From an uncultured Chloroflexia bacterium (GTDB lineage Bacteria > Chloroflexota > Limnocylindria > Limnocylindrales > CSP1-4), in the NCBI GenBank assembly GCA_963713975.1, contig OY970218.1:1472001-1536000 (forward strand): DNA of 64,000 nt. Direction: 5' to 3'. The position numbers and the translations under genes were made by a program. Position 1 is the first letter of the stretch. The number at the start of each line of letters is the position of its first letter. Below are positions 41,815-51,022 of this stretch, piece by piece. The notes beneath the pieces were generated by a model. It saw only the letters and a list, made by a program, of their open reading frames with translations. It did no database searches and was not told the DNA's origin.

Positions 41815-42069
41815 CGCTACCGCCGCCCCGCCCGCACGGGCCGGCTCACGTGGTTCACGCCTGACAGTCTAGGCGTCGCCGGGACCCGCACGCGGCCGGA
41901 TCTCCGGCTCCACCTTGGGGTCCGTCGCCGCCGCCACCGGTGCGCAGCCCGCTCACCTGGCGGATGTTGCCGTTGAGGGCCGTGCGGTGGGCGTCACCGC
42001 ATCGTGGATCGACGCCGTGGAGCCAGGTGGCATCATTCGGGTTTCGCCGCTCGGCGCCGCGCGGCCGGG

Positions 42070-42531
42070 TCAGGCGTCGGTGTCGAGCCGCTCGGGCTCC
42101 AGGACCAGCACGTCCCTGCGTGCGAACACCCCCAGGAACTGGACGCCGCACAGGAAGAGGGCCACGCCGAGCCCGGTGTAGAAGAAGGCGATCACCCAGT
42201 CCGGTATGACGTGCGAGAGCCGGAGGGCCATGCCACCGGCCATCATCCCCGCCATCACCGCCCATGACGGGCCATTGAAGAACTGCCAGAACGGGAGCCG
42301 CTCCTCCTCGCGCGAGCGGATCCGGCTGGTGTGCTTCCGGACGAGCCGGGAGAAGACCAGGGAGTAGAACGCGAGGAAGACGACGACCGCGAGCGGCACC
42401 AGGAGCAGGTGCTCCGGCGCCAGCTGGAATTCCAGGGGAACTCCGACCAGGGTGACAATCGCGCCAGCCACGCACCAGACGAGGCCAGCGATGAGCATCA
42501 GGTAGTTCTTCGGGACGTGGACGCCGCGCAC
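42070..42531 (-). CDS. Hypothetical membrane protein
   Basis: About 4 TM helices (LIAGLVW..AG, FYTGLGVALF). Start uncertain. Confidence 0.7.
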   Translation of the reverse strand: MRGVHVPKNYLMLIAGLVWCVAGAIVTLVGVPLEFQLAPEHLLLVPLAVVVFLAFYSLVFSRLVRKHTSRIRSREEERLPFWQFFNGPSWAVMAGMMAGGMALRLSHVIPDWVIAFFYTGLGVALFLCGVQFLGVFARRDVLVLEPERLDTDA

Positions 42532-42655
42532 GTTGGGACCTCTTGCCGGCCCCCCACAAGTTTCGCGATCTTGCCATATCGGTGATGGGATCGCGGTGGA
42601 CAATGAAGCCCGGCCGCCGTGCCGGCCAACGTGCTCGCTATCGAGGAGACCCAGG

Positions 42656-43141
42656 ATGGGCTTCGACCAGCGCATCGAGGAGCTTGGTCTCGTCGTGCCG
42701 GACTTCAGTGCCGCACCCTATACAGGGCTCAAGTATGGGGCTGTCAAGCCGCACCACCAGGTGGGCAGCGTCCTGTTCCTGAGCGGGCATATGCCGGAGC
42801 ATCCGGACGGCAGCGTGGTCCACCCGGGAGCCCTCGGCAGGGACCTCGCCACCGCCCAGGGCTACGAGGCGGCACGCGTCGCGGGGCTCAATGCCCTCGG
42901 TGGGATCCGGTTCGCACTCGGCACCCTCGACCGGGTCGTGGCCGTCGTTCGCTCGCTCAACTTCGTCGTCTGCACGCCCGATTACCACGACATCCACCTG
43001 GTTGCGGATGGCGTGACCGATCTCCTGCGGGACGTGTTCGGGGAGGATGCCGGCATCGGGGGCCGCGCGACCGTCGGTGTCACGAGCCTGGCGCGGAACC
43101 ACTGCTTCGAGACGTGGCTCACGCTGGAGGTCCGCGCGTAG
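42656..43141 (+). CDS. RidA/YjgF-family protein
   Basis: Motifs LFLSGH, AQGYEAAR, VADG.TDLL..VFG and RATVGV. RBS GAGGAG. Confidence 0.88.
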   Translation: MGFDQRIEELGLVVPDFSAAPYTGLKYGAVKPHHQVGSVLFLSGHMPEHPDGSVVHPGALGRDLATAQGYEAARVAGLNALGGIRFALGTLDRVVAVVRSLNFVVCTPDYHDIHLVADGVTDLLRDVFGEDAGIGGRATVGVTSLARNHCFETWLTLEVRA

Positions 43142-43272
43142 GAGGACGGCGCACGGGCCCCTGGGTCGCGACTGTGACCGCCGCCGGCCGAACGCCCCGC
43201 TGCCACAGACCTGCCAGGCCCAGGACCCGCAGCTCTACCCGGCGGCCCGACACGCGGCCGGGTGAGCCCACA

Positions 43273-43302
43273 ACCGACCCTGCGACCACCGACCCTGCGA
43301 CC
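43273..43302. repeat. 15-bp tandem duplication in an intergenic region
   Basis: ACCGACCCTGCGACC x2. Confidence 0.7.
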
Positions 43303-43345
43303 ACCGCGCCGCCCGACATCAATCCGTTTACCCCGCGCGGAGGGC

Positions 43346-44962
43346 TCACCCCAGCGAGAGGCCCTCGATCGAAGCGGATGGCTTGATGTCGGGCAGTCGG
43401 GCCATCCGGAACGAGTTCAAGAACCCGAGCAGGCCGCACAGGAGTGGGACGAGCAGGGCGACCTGGAGGGCGATCGGGCGTGCCTCCGTGTTGATCCGGA
43501 TGATCTCGGCCTGGATTGCCGGCGGCTGCCCGACGAGCAGTGCCTCCAGCGCCGAATTGCTCATCAGCTCGGCATTCTCCTCGAGCGCCGCCGAGACCTG
43601 CGCCTGCTGGTCGGGCGGGATGACCAGGCTCGCATCGACCTGCGTCGTGAACACGACCGACAGCGATGCGAGCATCAGGCTGCCGGCAAGCGCGAGCCCG
43701 AGCGACAGCCCGAACGAGCCGCCGGCCGAGTTGACCCCGGCCGCCTCGCTGATGCGCTCCTCGGAGATCGGCGCGAGGGTGTAGTTGTTGAGCTGGGAGA
43801 CGAGGAGACCGAGCCCCGAGCCCACGATCAGGAGCGGGATCACCATCGCGAGCCCGGAGTCGGCGCGCGGCACGATGGGCAGGAGGACCAGCATGCCGAC
43901 CGTCACCAGCCCGAATCCGACCCGGATGATGCTGGCCGGCCGCCGGTCTCCCAGGCGCCGCCCGGCCAGGACCGCGACCACGAACATGCTCAGGGACAGC
44001 GGCGCCAGCGACAGCCCGGCCTGGAGCGCGTTGTACTCGAGGACCATCTGGAGGAAGATCGGGAGGGCGATCATCGCCCCGCCCAGGGCGATCTGCTGGA
44101 GCATCTGGCCCGAGATCCCCAACCGGAAGTGTGCCGAGCGGAACAGGTCGGGATCGATCAGGGTGATCTCGTTCTCGCGCTTTCGCCGGACGAGCCACCA
44201 GGCGAAGAGCGCAAGCGACGCCGCACCGATCGCGAGCAACGCGCCGACGGCCTCCCCACCCTCCTGCCAGACCAGGATCCCGAGCACGATGCCGCCCATG
44301 CCCAGGACGGACAGCACCGCGCCTGCGACATCGATCCGGCGGTCGCCCGTGTACGCCACGTCGCGGATCAGCCCGCTCCCGGCAAGGACGACGATGATGA
44401 CGATCAGCTCGGCCAGGAAGCCAACACGCCACGACAGGAACGTGGTCACGAAGCCGCCGAGGAGGGGACCGACCGCGGCCGCGATGGCAGCGGACGCGCC
44501 GACGAGCGCGTAGACGCGCTTCTGCGCGGCGCCCTCGAAGTTGCCGTGGATGAGCGACTGCATCGCGGGCAGCAGGAGCGATGCCCCGATGCCGCCGACG
44601 ATTGCCCAGAAGATCAGGACCGGCACGATCGACTGCGCGAGCATCATCGCGATCGCCCCGATCGCGTAGCCGCACAGGCCCAGCAGGTAGGCCCGCTTGC
44701 GGCCGATCAGGTCGCCGACCTTGCTGCTGATGAGGATGAAGGCGGCCGACACGAGCGCCTCGAGGGCGATGGCCGCCTGGACCGAGCTGACCGTGGTCCC
44801 AAGGTCGTTGACGACTGCCGAGATCGAGACGTTCATCAACGAGGTATCGACCACGAGGACGAACATGGCCATGGCGAGCAGCAGGCCCAGACGCGGGCTG
44901 CCGGTGCCCTCCCCGGCTGGCTCTCCCGCGGTCGCCACGGCCGGCACGGCTCCTCGAGTCAC
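43346..44962 (-). CDS. DHA2 (EmrB/QacA-like) 14-TM MFS transporter
   Basis: Motifs DTSLMNVSI, GDLIGRKR, GPLLGG....SWR and FLQMVL.Y. Confidence 0.9.
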   Translation of the reverse strand: MTRGAVPAVATAGEPAGEGTGSPRLGLLLAMAMFVLVVDTSLMNVSISAVVNDLGTTVSSVQAAIALEALVSAAFILISSKVGDLIGRKRAYLLGLCGYAIGAIAMMLAQSIVPVLIFWAIVGGIGASLLLPAMQSLIHGNFEGAAQKRVYALVGASAAIAAAVGPLLGGFVTTFLSWRVGFLAELIVIIVVLAGSGLIRDVAYTGDRRIDVAGAVLSVLGMGGIVLGILVWQEGGEAVGALLAIGAASLALFAWWLVRRKRENEITLIDPDLFRSAHFRLGISGQMLQQIALGGAMIALPIFLQMVLEYNALQAGLSLAPLSLSMFVVAVLAGRRLGDRRPASIIRVGFGLVTVGMLVLLPIVPRADSGLAMVIPLLIVGSGLGLLVSQLNNYTLAPISEERISEAAGVNSAGGSFGLSLGLALAGSLMLASLSVVFTTQVDASLVIPPDQQAQVSAALEENAELMSNSALEALLVGQPPAIQAEIIRINTEARPIALQVALLVPLLCGLLGFLNSFRMARLPDIKPSASIEGLSLG

Positions 44963-45191
44963 CGAGAGCCGCGTCCGAGATCGCTATCGGGCGAGGTCAC
45001 TCCGGACATTCGCGCATCCTCCCCTGGCGCCTCGCGCGGGTCCCGGCCGCCAGAGACGTTGAGCACCAACCAACGACCATCACGGGCCATGCGTCGCCGT
45101 GAGGGTAACATCGGCGGCCGCGAGCTCAGGTCAGGATCATCACGAGCCTGAGCGGGCTCCTCGTCAGCACCGGGATTGAGGGAGGCAATGC

Positions 45192-45605
45192 ATGTGGGCT
45201 GAGTTCAAGGGCTTCCTGCTCAAGACGAACGCCATGGCGCTGGCGCTCGCAGTCATCATCGGCGCGGCCCTCGGTGCCGTCGTCAACTCCCTGGTCAACG
45301 ACATCATCATGCCGCCCATCGGGATGCTGCTCGGCGGTGTCGACTTCGCGGAGCTCAAGATCGTCCTCCAGCAGGGCTCAGGCATCGACCCGAACGCCCC
45401 CGGCTACATCGCCGAGGTCGCGATCCGCTACGGGCTGTTCCTGAACGCGATCATCGTGTTCGTCATCGTCGCGTTCGTCGTGTTCATGATCGGGCGCAGC
45501 CTTGTCAAGGAGCCGCCCGCCGCCGACGTCAAGACCTGCCCCTTCTGCAAGGAGCCGAACGCCGTCGACGCGTCGAAGTGCAAGGCGTGCACCAGCGCGA
45601 TCTAG
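45192..45605 (+). CDS. mscL: Large-conductance mechanosensitive channel with C-terminal Cys4 motif
   Basis: Motifs EFKGFL...N...LA.AVIIGAA...VVNSLVNDIIMPPIG and YGLFLNAII. Tail CPFC...CKAC. Confidence 0.95.
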   Translation: MWAEFKGFLLKTNAMALALAVIIGAALGAVVNSLVNDIIMPPIGMLLGGVDFAELKIVLQQGSGIDPNAPGYIAEVAIRYGLFLNAIIVFVIVAFVVFMIGRSLVKEPPAADVKTCPFCKEPNAVDASKCKACTSAI

Positions 45606-45681
45606 GAGCGCCACGTTCAAGGTGACGGCGGGGTCGCCCGCGGCCGGACGCAGGGGGTGCGCAGCGGCGAGACTTGGCGAC

Positions 45682-46869
45682 ATGCAGCGAATCCGCGATG
45701 CGCTCCGTCGCGCACTTCAGCCGACACTCGCCCTGTTCACCGCCTTCCTCCTGGGCGCGATCATCATCGTGCTGACCGACTTCGAGCACCTGCGACAGAT
45801 CGGCACCGATCCGCTCGCGGCGATCGGCGCCGCGCTCGCTGGCGTGATCGACGCCTACAGGGCGATGTTCTCCGGGGCGATCGGCGACCCGGGTCGCATC
45901 GTCGCCGCGATCCAGAGTGGGAACGCCCACGACATCGCGGCAGCCCTTCGACCCATCTCCGAAACCCTGGTCAGTGCCACGCCGTTCATCTTCGCCGGCC
46001 TGGGCCTCGCGGTGTCGTTCCACGCCGGCCTGTTCAACCTTGGCGTGGACGGGCAGTTTCTCATCGGCGGCCTGGGCGCCGTGCTCACGGCGACGCTCGT
46101 GGCGGGGTACCTGCCGCCGCTTCTCGCCCTGGTGGTTGCGGTGTTCGGTGGGACGATCGCCGGCGGCGCGTATGGGTTCATCCCCGGCTTCCTCAAGGCG
46201 CGCACGGGGGCCCACGAGGTGATCACCACGCTGATGCTCAACGGCGTGGCGCCGAGCCTCGCATTCCTCATCGTCGGGCTGGTCGATCTCTCGGGGCCGC
46301 CGCCGGCGATCCCCGCTGTGCCGCGGGTCATCGACCTGCCGACCATCCGCGTCGACTACGGCTTCATCGTCGCGCTCGCGATGGCCGCGGTCGTGTCGTT
46401 CCTGCTGTACCGCACCACCCGCGGCTTCGAGCTCCGAGCAACCGGCTTCAACCGCATCGCCGCTCGCGGGTCCGGCATCCGGCCGGGCCGGACCACCATG
46501 CTGGCGATGTCGCTGTCCGGAGGGCTGGTCGGCATGGGCAGCGCGTTCTTCGGCCTCGGGCCTGCCATGGGCCTCTCGGGCGGGCCGTCGAACGACATGG
46601 GCTATGTCGCGATCGCCCTCGCCCTGCTCGCCGGCCGGCGGCCGGGCGGCGTCGTGGTCGCGGCACTGCTCTACGGCGCGCTCACCACCGGAGCGAAGAA
46701 CATGGTCGTCGCGACCGGCATCCCGCTCGCGCTGCTCATCGTCATCGTCGCCCTCGCCATCATGTTCGTGGCGGCACCCGAGCTGACCCGGTCGATCTGG
46801 CGTGTCCGGGCGCTAACGCCGAGCGCCGAGACTGGCGGGAACACGCCTGGGCCGGCGGGCTCCACCTGA
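45682..46869 (+). CDS. Nucleoside/sugar ABC transporter permease (no partner genes nearby)
   Basis: Motifs ATPFIFAGLG.A..F.AGLFNLG.DGQ, HEVITTLMLN and GFELRATG.N. Confidence 0.88.
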   Translation: MQRIRDALRRALQPTLALFTAFLLGAIIIVLTDFEHLRQIGTDPLAAIGAALAGVIDAYRAMFSGAIGDPGRIVAAIQSGNAHDIAAALRPISETLVSATPFIFAGLGLAVSFHAGLFNLGVDGQFLIGGLGAVLTATLVAGYLPPLLALVVAVFGGTIAGGAYGFIPGFLKARTGAHEVITTLMLNGVAPSLAFLIVGLVDLSGPPPAIPAVPRVIDLPTIRVDYGFIVALAMAAVVSFLLYRTTRGFELRATGFNRIAARGSGIRPGRTTMLAMSLSGGLVGMGSAFFGLGPAMGLSGGPSNDMGYVAIALALLAGRRPGGVVVAALLYGALTTGAKNMVVATGIPLALLIVIVALAIMFVAAPELTRSIWRVRALTPSAETGGNTPGPAGST

Positions 46870-46912
46870 CGAAGGCCTAGCAGGCGGATCCCATGCGTCG
46901 ATCAGGAAGCAC

Positions 46913-46938
46913 GAAACCCGGCCCTGGGGCCGGGTTTC
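46913..46938. terminator. Hairpin downstream of the tRNA and of the convergent permease
   Basis: GAAACCCGGCCC-TG-GGGCCGGGTTTC. Confidence 0.7.
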
Positions 46939-46951
46939 ACGTTCAATTCGC

Positions 46952-47026
46952 TGGAGCCGACACTCGGATTTGAACCGAGGACCTGCTGTTTACGAAACAG
47001 CTGCTCTACCGCTGAGCTATGTCGGC
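46952..47026 (-). tRNA. tRNA-Thr (anticodon CGT) with encoded CCA
   Basis: Reverse complement reads GCCGACATAGCTCAGCGGTAGAGCAGCTGTTTCGTAAACAGCAGGTCCTCGGTTCAAATCCGAGTGTCGGCTCCA. It folds as a cloverleaf with anticodon loop TTCGTAA. Confidence 0.97.
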
Positions 47027-47352
47027 GCTGGTTCCGTGCTTGGGACCAGAAGATAACTGATCCTGATCGGGTCACGCTCACGTGGAGCGTCTCCCTGACG
47101 GCCGACCCGCATTCTAGCGCACGGTCATCGGCCACAGCGCTCCCACAGCAGGCAACTCGCGACAGAGGCTGCGAGAGGATGGCCGTCAGGGTGCCGAAGC
47201 GGGTGACCGTCCTGTGGGTGAGTGATCAGGCGGACTGGCCCCGCTGTCGGCCAAGTTGACCCCCGATCCCCGGAGTGCCCACGGCTCGACGCCGCCGTCC
47301 CGACTCGCGTCGCCAGGTCCCGACTTGGCCCCTCGGGCAGACGATCGGAGTC

Positions 47353-48564
47353 CTACTCGGCCTGCACGCCGGTCGGGTTCACGGCCCCGAACGCCGCGAC
47401 GCGCTCGGTTATCCGGGCGATGCGGCCGATGTTGGCGTCCGGCGGGACGTTGTCGGAGACGCCGAGGATCAGGCGCTCACCCGTGCCCAGGTCGTCGACG
47501 ACGGCGTCCAGGTAAGCCGTGAACTGCGGCTCGGTCATCGCATCGTCGAGGAGGGATACGGACGGGATCCCGCCCCAGATCGTCGTCTTGGGGCCCATCC
47601 GCCGACGCAGTTCCGCCAGAGAATCCAGGACCATCGGCTGCGCGCAAACAGACTCGGCGACGTCGAGCTCGCACTCCGGAAAGTGCGGCAGCAACTGGTG
47701 GTTCTCGCCGTCGGCATGCGTCGCGAGCAGCTTCCCGCGCTCCCTGAGGCGAGCGCCGACGATCCGTAGCCACGGCACGATCTCCTCGCTGAAGAACGCG
47801 GGCCAGGTGACCTGCTGGTCGTAGTTCGCCCCCCACCAGACCATTTCCGCACTGGACGCCAGGAGCGCGTCCAGGGCGGCGTCGAAGAACGGGCGCAGGC
47901 GATCGGCCAGTCGGTGGAGCGCCGCCGGGTCGTCCATGTACAGGTAGAAGAACGCCTCCATGTCCATCAGGTCGTGGAGGATCAGGTGGATGGGCGAGGC
48001 GGCGATCGGACCCTGCGCCACGGCGAGCCCGTGCGCCCCGATCCGGGCATGGAAGGCATCGTAGGCTGCCGGCGTGGGGATTACCTCGAGATGCTCGAAC
48101 ACCTGGGCCACCGCCTCGAAGTCCGCCTGCGTCGCGATCGGGCGCTTCTTGACGTAGGGGATTGACATGCCGTCGCGACGCATCGCGTCGGTCATCTCGA
48201 GGACTGCGGTGACCTCGCCCGCGGGGGTCCGGATCGTCGTCCGGTAGAGCTCTCCGTCCGAGACGAACTCGACCGGGAGGCCGGCAACCTCGACTCGGTA
48301 GGGGAAGTCCGGGTGGTTCTCGATCCCGAACCCGCGCAGGGCCCATTCGCCGGGATCCCGCGGCCGCGTGAAGTCCCCCCGCACGGCGTGGCAGGCGAAC
48401 CCAAAATGCCGGGCGACGTCGACCGTATCCGCGGATCGAAGGTTGGCCGCGAGCGAGCCGCGAGCCCGTTGCGCGATCAGCCAGAGATCCATCCGGGGGG
48501 CCCACGGAAGCCTGTCCGTCGGCGTTCCGGCAATGGCCCCCAGCATCCGTTCGCGGTCGTCCAT
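47353..48564 (-). CDS. URO-D/MtaA-superfamily protein (paralog 1)
   Basis: Motifs RERMLGAI.G.PTDRLPWAPR, TPAG, THADG, IWGGIP and ILGVSDNVPP. Confidence 0.85.
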   Translation of the reverse strand: MDDRERMLGAIAGTPTDRLPWAPRMDLWLIAQRARGSLAANLRSADTVDVARHFGFACHAVRGDFTRPRDPGEWALRGFGIENHPDFPYRVEVAGLPVEFVSDGELYRTTIRTPAGEVTAVLEMTDAMRRDGMSIPYVKKRPIATQADFEAVAQVFEHLEVIPTPAAYDAFHARIGAHGLAVAQGPIAASPIHLILHDLMDMEAFFYLYMDDPAALHRLADRLRPFFDAALDALLASSAEMVWWGANYDQQVTWPAFFSEEIVPWLRIVGARLRERGKLLATHADGENHQLLPHFPECELDVAESVCAQPMVLDSLAELRRRMGPKTTIWGGIPSVSLLDDAMTEPQFTAYLDAVVDDLGTGERLILGVSDNVPPDANIGRIARITERVAAFGAVNPTGVQAE

Positions 48565-48610
48565 GGCGTGCCTCCGCGCTGCTAGGGGAGCGTTCTTCAC
48601 CGCAATCTTC

Positions 48611-48623
48611 GCATATCATATGC
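48611..48623. promoter_or_regulatory. Palindromic candidate operator in a divergent intergenic region
   Basis: GCATAT-C-ATATGC, AT-rich against a GC-rich background. Confidence 0.5.
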
Positions 48624-48684
48624 CGTGAGCGGTGCAGCCACCGTGCACGCGGACGGGGCGAAGGCACCGCACGCTGGGGTCCGG

Positions 48685-49000
48685 ATGACGATATCCCGCA
48701 CGCACCACACCGGCCGGACGGTCGCGAGCGTGGACGGGTCGCTCGACCTCTCCGTCGGAATCCTCGGCCTTGAGGTGATGTCGCGTCATCGACCAGTCAT
48801 GGCTGGGCCAGTCGATCGGCGAGGAGGCCGCAATCGTGGACGCCGTCGACGTCACGATCCCGGGCTCAAACCTGGTGCTCCCGCTGTGCAAGTTCTCGGT
48901 CTCGTTCGACCGGGCCGGCCGCGCCCCACCCGTCGGCGTCCCCGACCCCGACGGCATCATCGTCGAGCTTTTCGAGACACCCGTCACAGGGGCGGGATGA
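48685..49000 (+). pseudogene. Degenerate VOC/glyoxalase-family gene
   Basis: The N-terminal HHTG.TVAS...SL......LGLEV and the C-terminal DPDGIIVELFE lie in different frames. The middle looks truncated. Confidence 0.7.
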
Positions 49001-49019
49001 CCACGCAAAGGAGGACGCC

Positions 49020-50089
49020 ATGGTCAGGCCCGGTACCTTCGAGGAGATCATGCGGCGCTCGTCGACCTTCGTCGACGACTACACGATGAGCCTGCAGTTC
49101 CCCGCCTGCGACTGGTCCGGATACTTCCTGTTTGCCGCCCTCGAGGGCGACGGCCCGTGCCAGGCGGTGAATCTCGGCATCTGGTCGGCCTCGCGAAGGG
49201 TGCCGAGCACGACGTGCCGCAGTGGACGGGCGATCCGGATCGACTGTTCGTCATCGCGTCGGTCATCTGCGACGGCGTCAGCTACCGGATGCTTGACGAT
49301 GCGTCGTACAGCCGGCGCGACCTGATCTACGCTCGCCAGGGTCTCGACCTGCAGGTCGCGGATGTCGCCCGTATCCGCGGAGCGTGGCCGTACTTCGAGC
49401 TCTACGTCCGCGACTCGGCGAACGACATCACCTACGAGGTCGAGGGTCGGGCGGGCTACGCACACTGGGTCCCGGATCACGTGCAGCGGGACAACCTCTA
49501 CTCGTACGTGTGCTTCCCTGACTTCGCGTTCCACGGCACCATCACCGTCCACGGGACGGTCCACGACGTCCGCGGGACGGGTGGGTTCGACCACGTGGCG
49601 GCGCGCACCGTCGGGAGCCCCAGCAGCCCGGGCGTCGGCTTCTGGCACTACGACCCCATCCTCTGGAGCGATGGCCACGTCTCGAACGGCCTGTTCTACC
49701 TCGGCCGCGAGGGTGAGCCCTATGTCCAGAGCGGCGTGATGACCGTGCCCGATGGTGGGTACCACCCGGCTCATCGCTTCACGATCCAGTACCTGGAACT
49801 TGGCGAAGGCACCGCCAACGCGGGCGCGACGGGTGCTCCTCAGGTGGTTCCGCGCCGATGGCGCGCAACGATTGAAGCCGACCACGGCACCCTGACGTAC
49901 ACGAGCACGCCGATCCTCGTCCGAGGCCCGGACGGTGCGCCAATCATCGAGCCCAACATCGCATTCCGCGCCGAAGGCGAGTTCCGCAGTCGCACCGGCG
50001 AGGTCCACCGCCTTACTGGCAAGGGTCACAACGAATACATGGGAGCAGCCTTCGACCCGTCGCGCATTCAGGCCACGAAGTCGTCATAG
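49020..50089 (+). pseudogene. Frameshifted gene for a ~356-aa beta-rich protein (tentatively AttH/tocopherol-cyclase-like); may be a sequencing error
   Basis: AAGGAGG RBS and ATG 49020. Coding-like sequence switches frame near 49180; adding one C gives GGC ATC CTG GTC (NLGILVGLAK). Motif GTITVHG....V.G.GGFDHV. Confidence 0.65.
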
Positions 50090-50185
50090 CCAAGCGCGAC
50101 CAGGCCCACGGCCGCCACGAAGAGCACGACGCCGATCCAAGGTCCCCAGCCGCTCGAACGCGGATGAGCGCAGATGTGCCCTGCG

Positions 50186-50812
50186 TCAGTTGAGGAGGCC
50201 CCGGACGAGGCTGACGGCGGCGGCGGCATCCGATGCGCAGCCGTCGGCGCCGATCTGGTCCGCGAACTCAGGAGTCACGGGCGCTCCGCCTACGACAACC
50301 CTGACGTCCTCGAGGCCGGCGGCTTGGACTGCTGCGACCACGTCCTTCATGCCGATCATCGTCGTCGTGAGCAGGGCGCTGACACCCACGACCGAGGCGC
50401 CATGGTGGCGGGCCGCCTCGACGAAGCGCTCGGCAGGGACGTCGACCCCAAGGTCGATGACCTCGATGTTCGCCCCTCGCCACATCATCGCGACCAGGTT
50501 CTTGCCGATGTCGTGAAGATCGCCCTTGATGGTGCCGATGACCGCCTTCGCCACGGGCTTGATCTCGGCCTTGACGAGCAGCGGCTCGAGCAGGGCCACC
50601 GACTCCTTCATCGCGCGCGCGCTGATGAGCATCTCCGGCACATAGATTTCGTTCGCGCTGAAGCGGGCCCCGGTGACCGCCATCGCGTCCGTCATCGCGT
50701 CGAGAATGGTCTGGGGCGCGAGCCCCTCGTCGATCGCCTCGCCGGTGATACGGACGGCGGTGGTCCGGTCGCCAGCCTCGATCGCGCTGGAGAGTGCCTG
50801 CAGGTCGGCCAT
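50186..50812 (-). CDS. Corrinoid (B12-binding) protein, MtaC/MttC-like
   Basis: Cap domain (G.RF..NEIYVPEMLISARAMK) plus GDLHDIGKNLV, DLGVDV, SALLTTT and VGGAPV. RBS AAGGAG. Confidence 0.95.
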   Translation of the reverse strand: MADLQALSSAIEAGDRTTAVRITGEAIDEGLAPQTILDAMTDAMAVTGARFSANEIYVPEMLISARAMKESVALLEPLLVKAEIKPVAKAVIGTIKGDLHDIGKNLVAMMWRGANIEVIDLGVDVPAERFVEAARHHGASVVGVSALLTTTMIGMKDVVAAVQAAGLEDVRVVVGGAPVTPEFADQIGADGCASDAAAAVSLVRGLLN

Positions 50813-50892
50813 CCGGTCGGATCTCCTTCGAGTGTCCTCCGGCCGACGAGGTTCGGCAAGTCGGCGCAACGGAGTTCGCGTGAAAGGACAGG

Positions 50893-50953
50893 TGGCCAAA
50901 TGGCTTGACCACTGTCGCCGCAGACGCTACCATCTCCGCCTACGGAGCGTCAA
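50893..50953. promoter_or_regulatory. Bidirectional sigma70-like promoter with FadR-type operator (copy A)
   Basis: Plus strand TTGACC(50905)-17-TACCAT(50928). Minus strand TTGACG(50953-50948)-18-TAGCGT(50929-50924). The 18-mer TGGCCAAATGGCTTGACC is identical to copy B. Confidence 0.75.
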
Positions 50954-51022
50954 TCCTGCCCGGGCCGGGGTCCGCCTACGGGACCGACGAGTGACGGGCC
51001 AGAAGGCTGAGGAGTCCTGAGG

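Noticed and set aside
46952-47026. tRNA-Thr as the attachment site of an integrated element
   Set aside because: I saw no integrase and no duplicated tRNA 3' end in the window, and the catabolic cluster lies on the tRNA's 5' side.
50070-50170. Minus-strand hydrophobic peptide GWGPWIGVVLFVAAVGLVALGY
   Set aside because: No clear start or RBS. At most a remnant of a deleted membrane gene.
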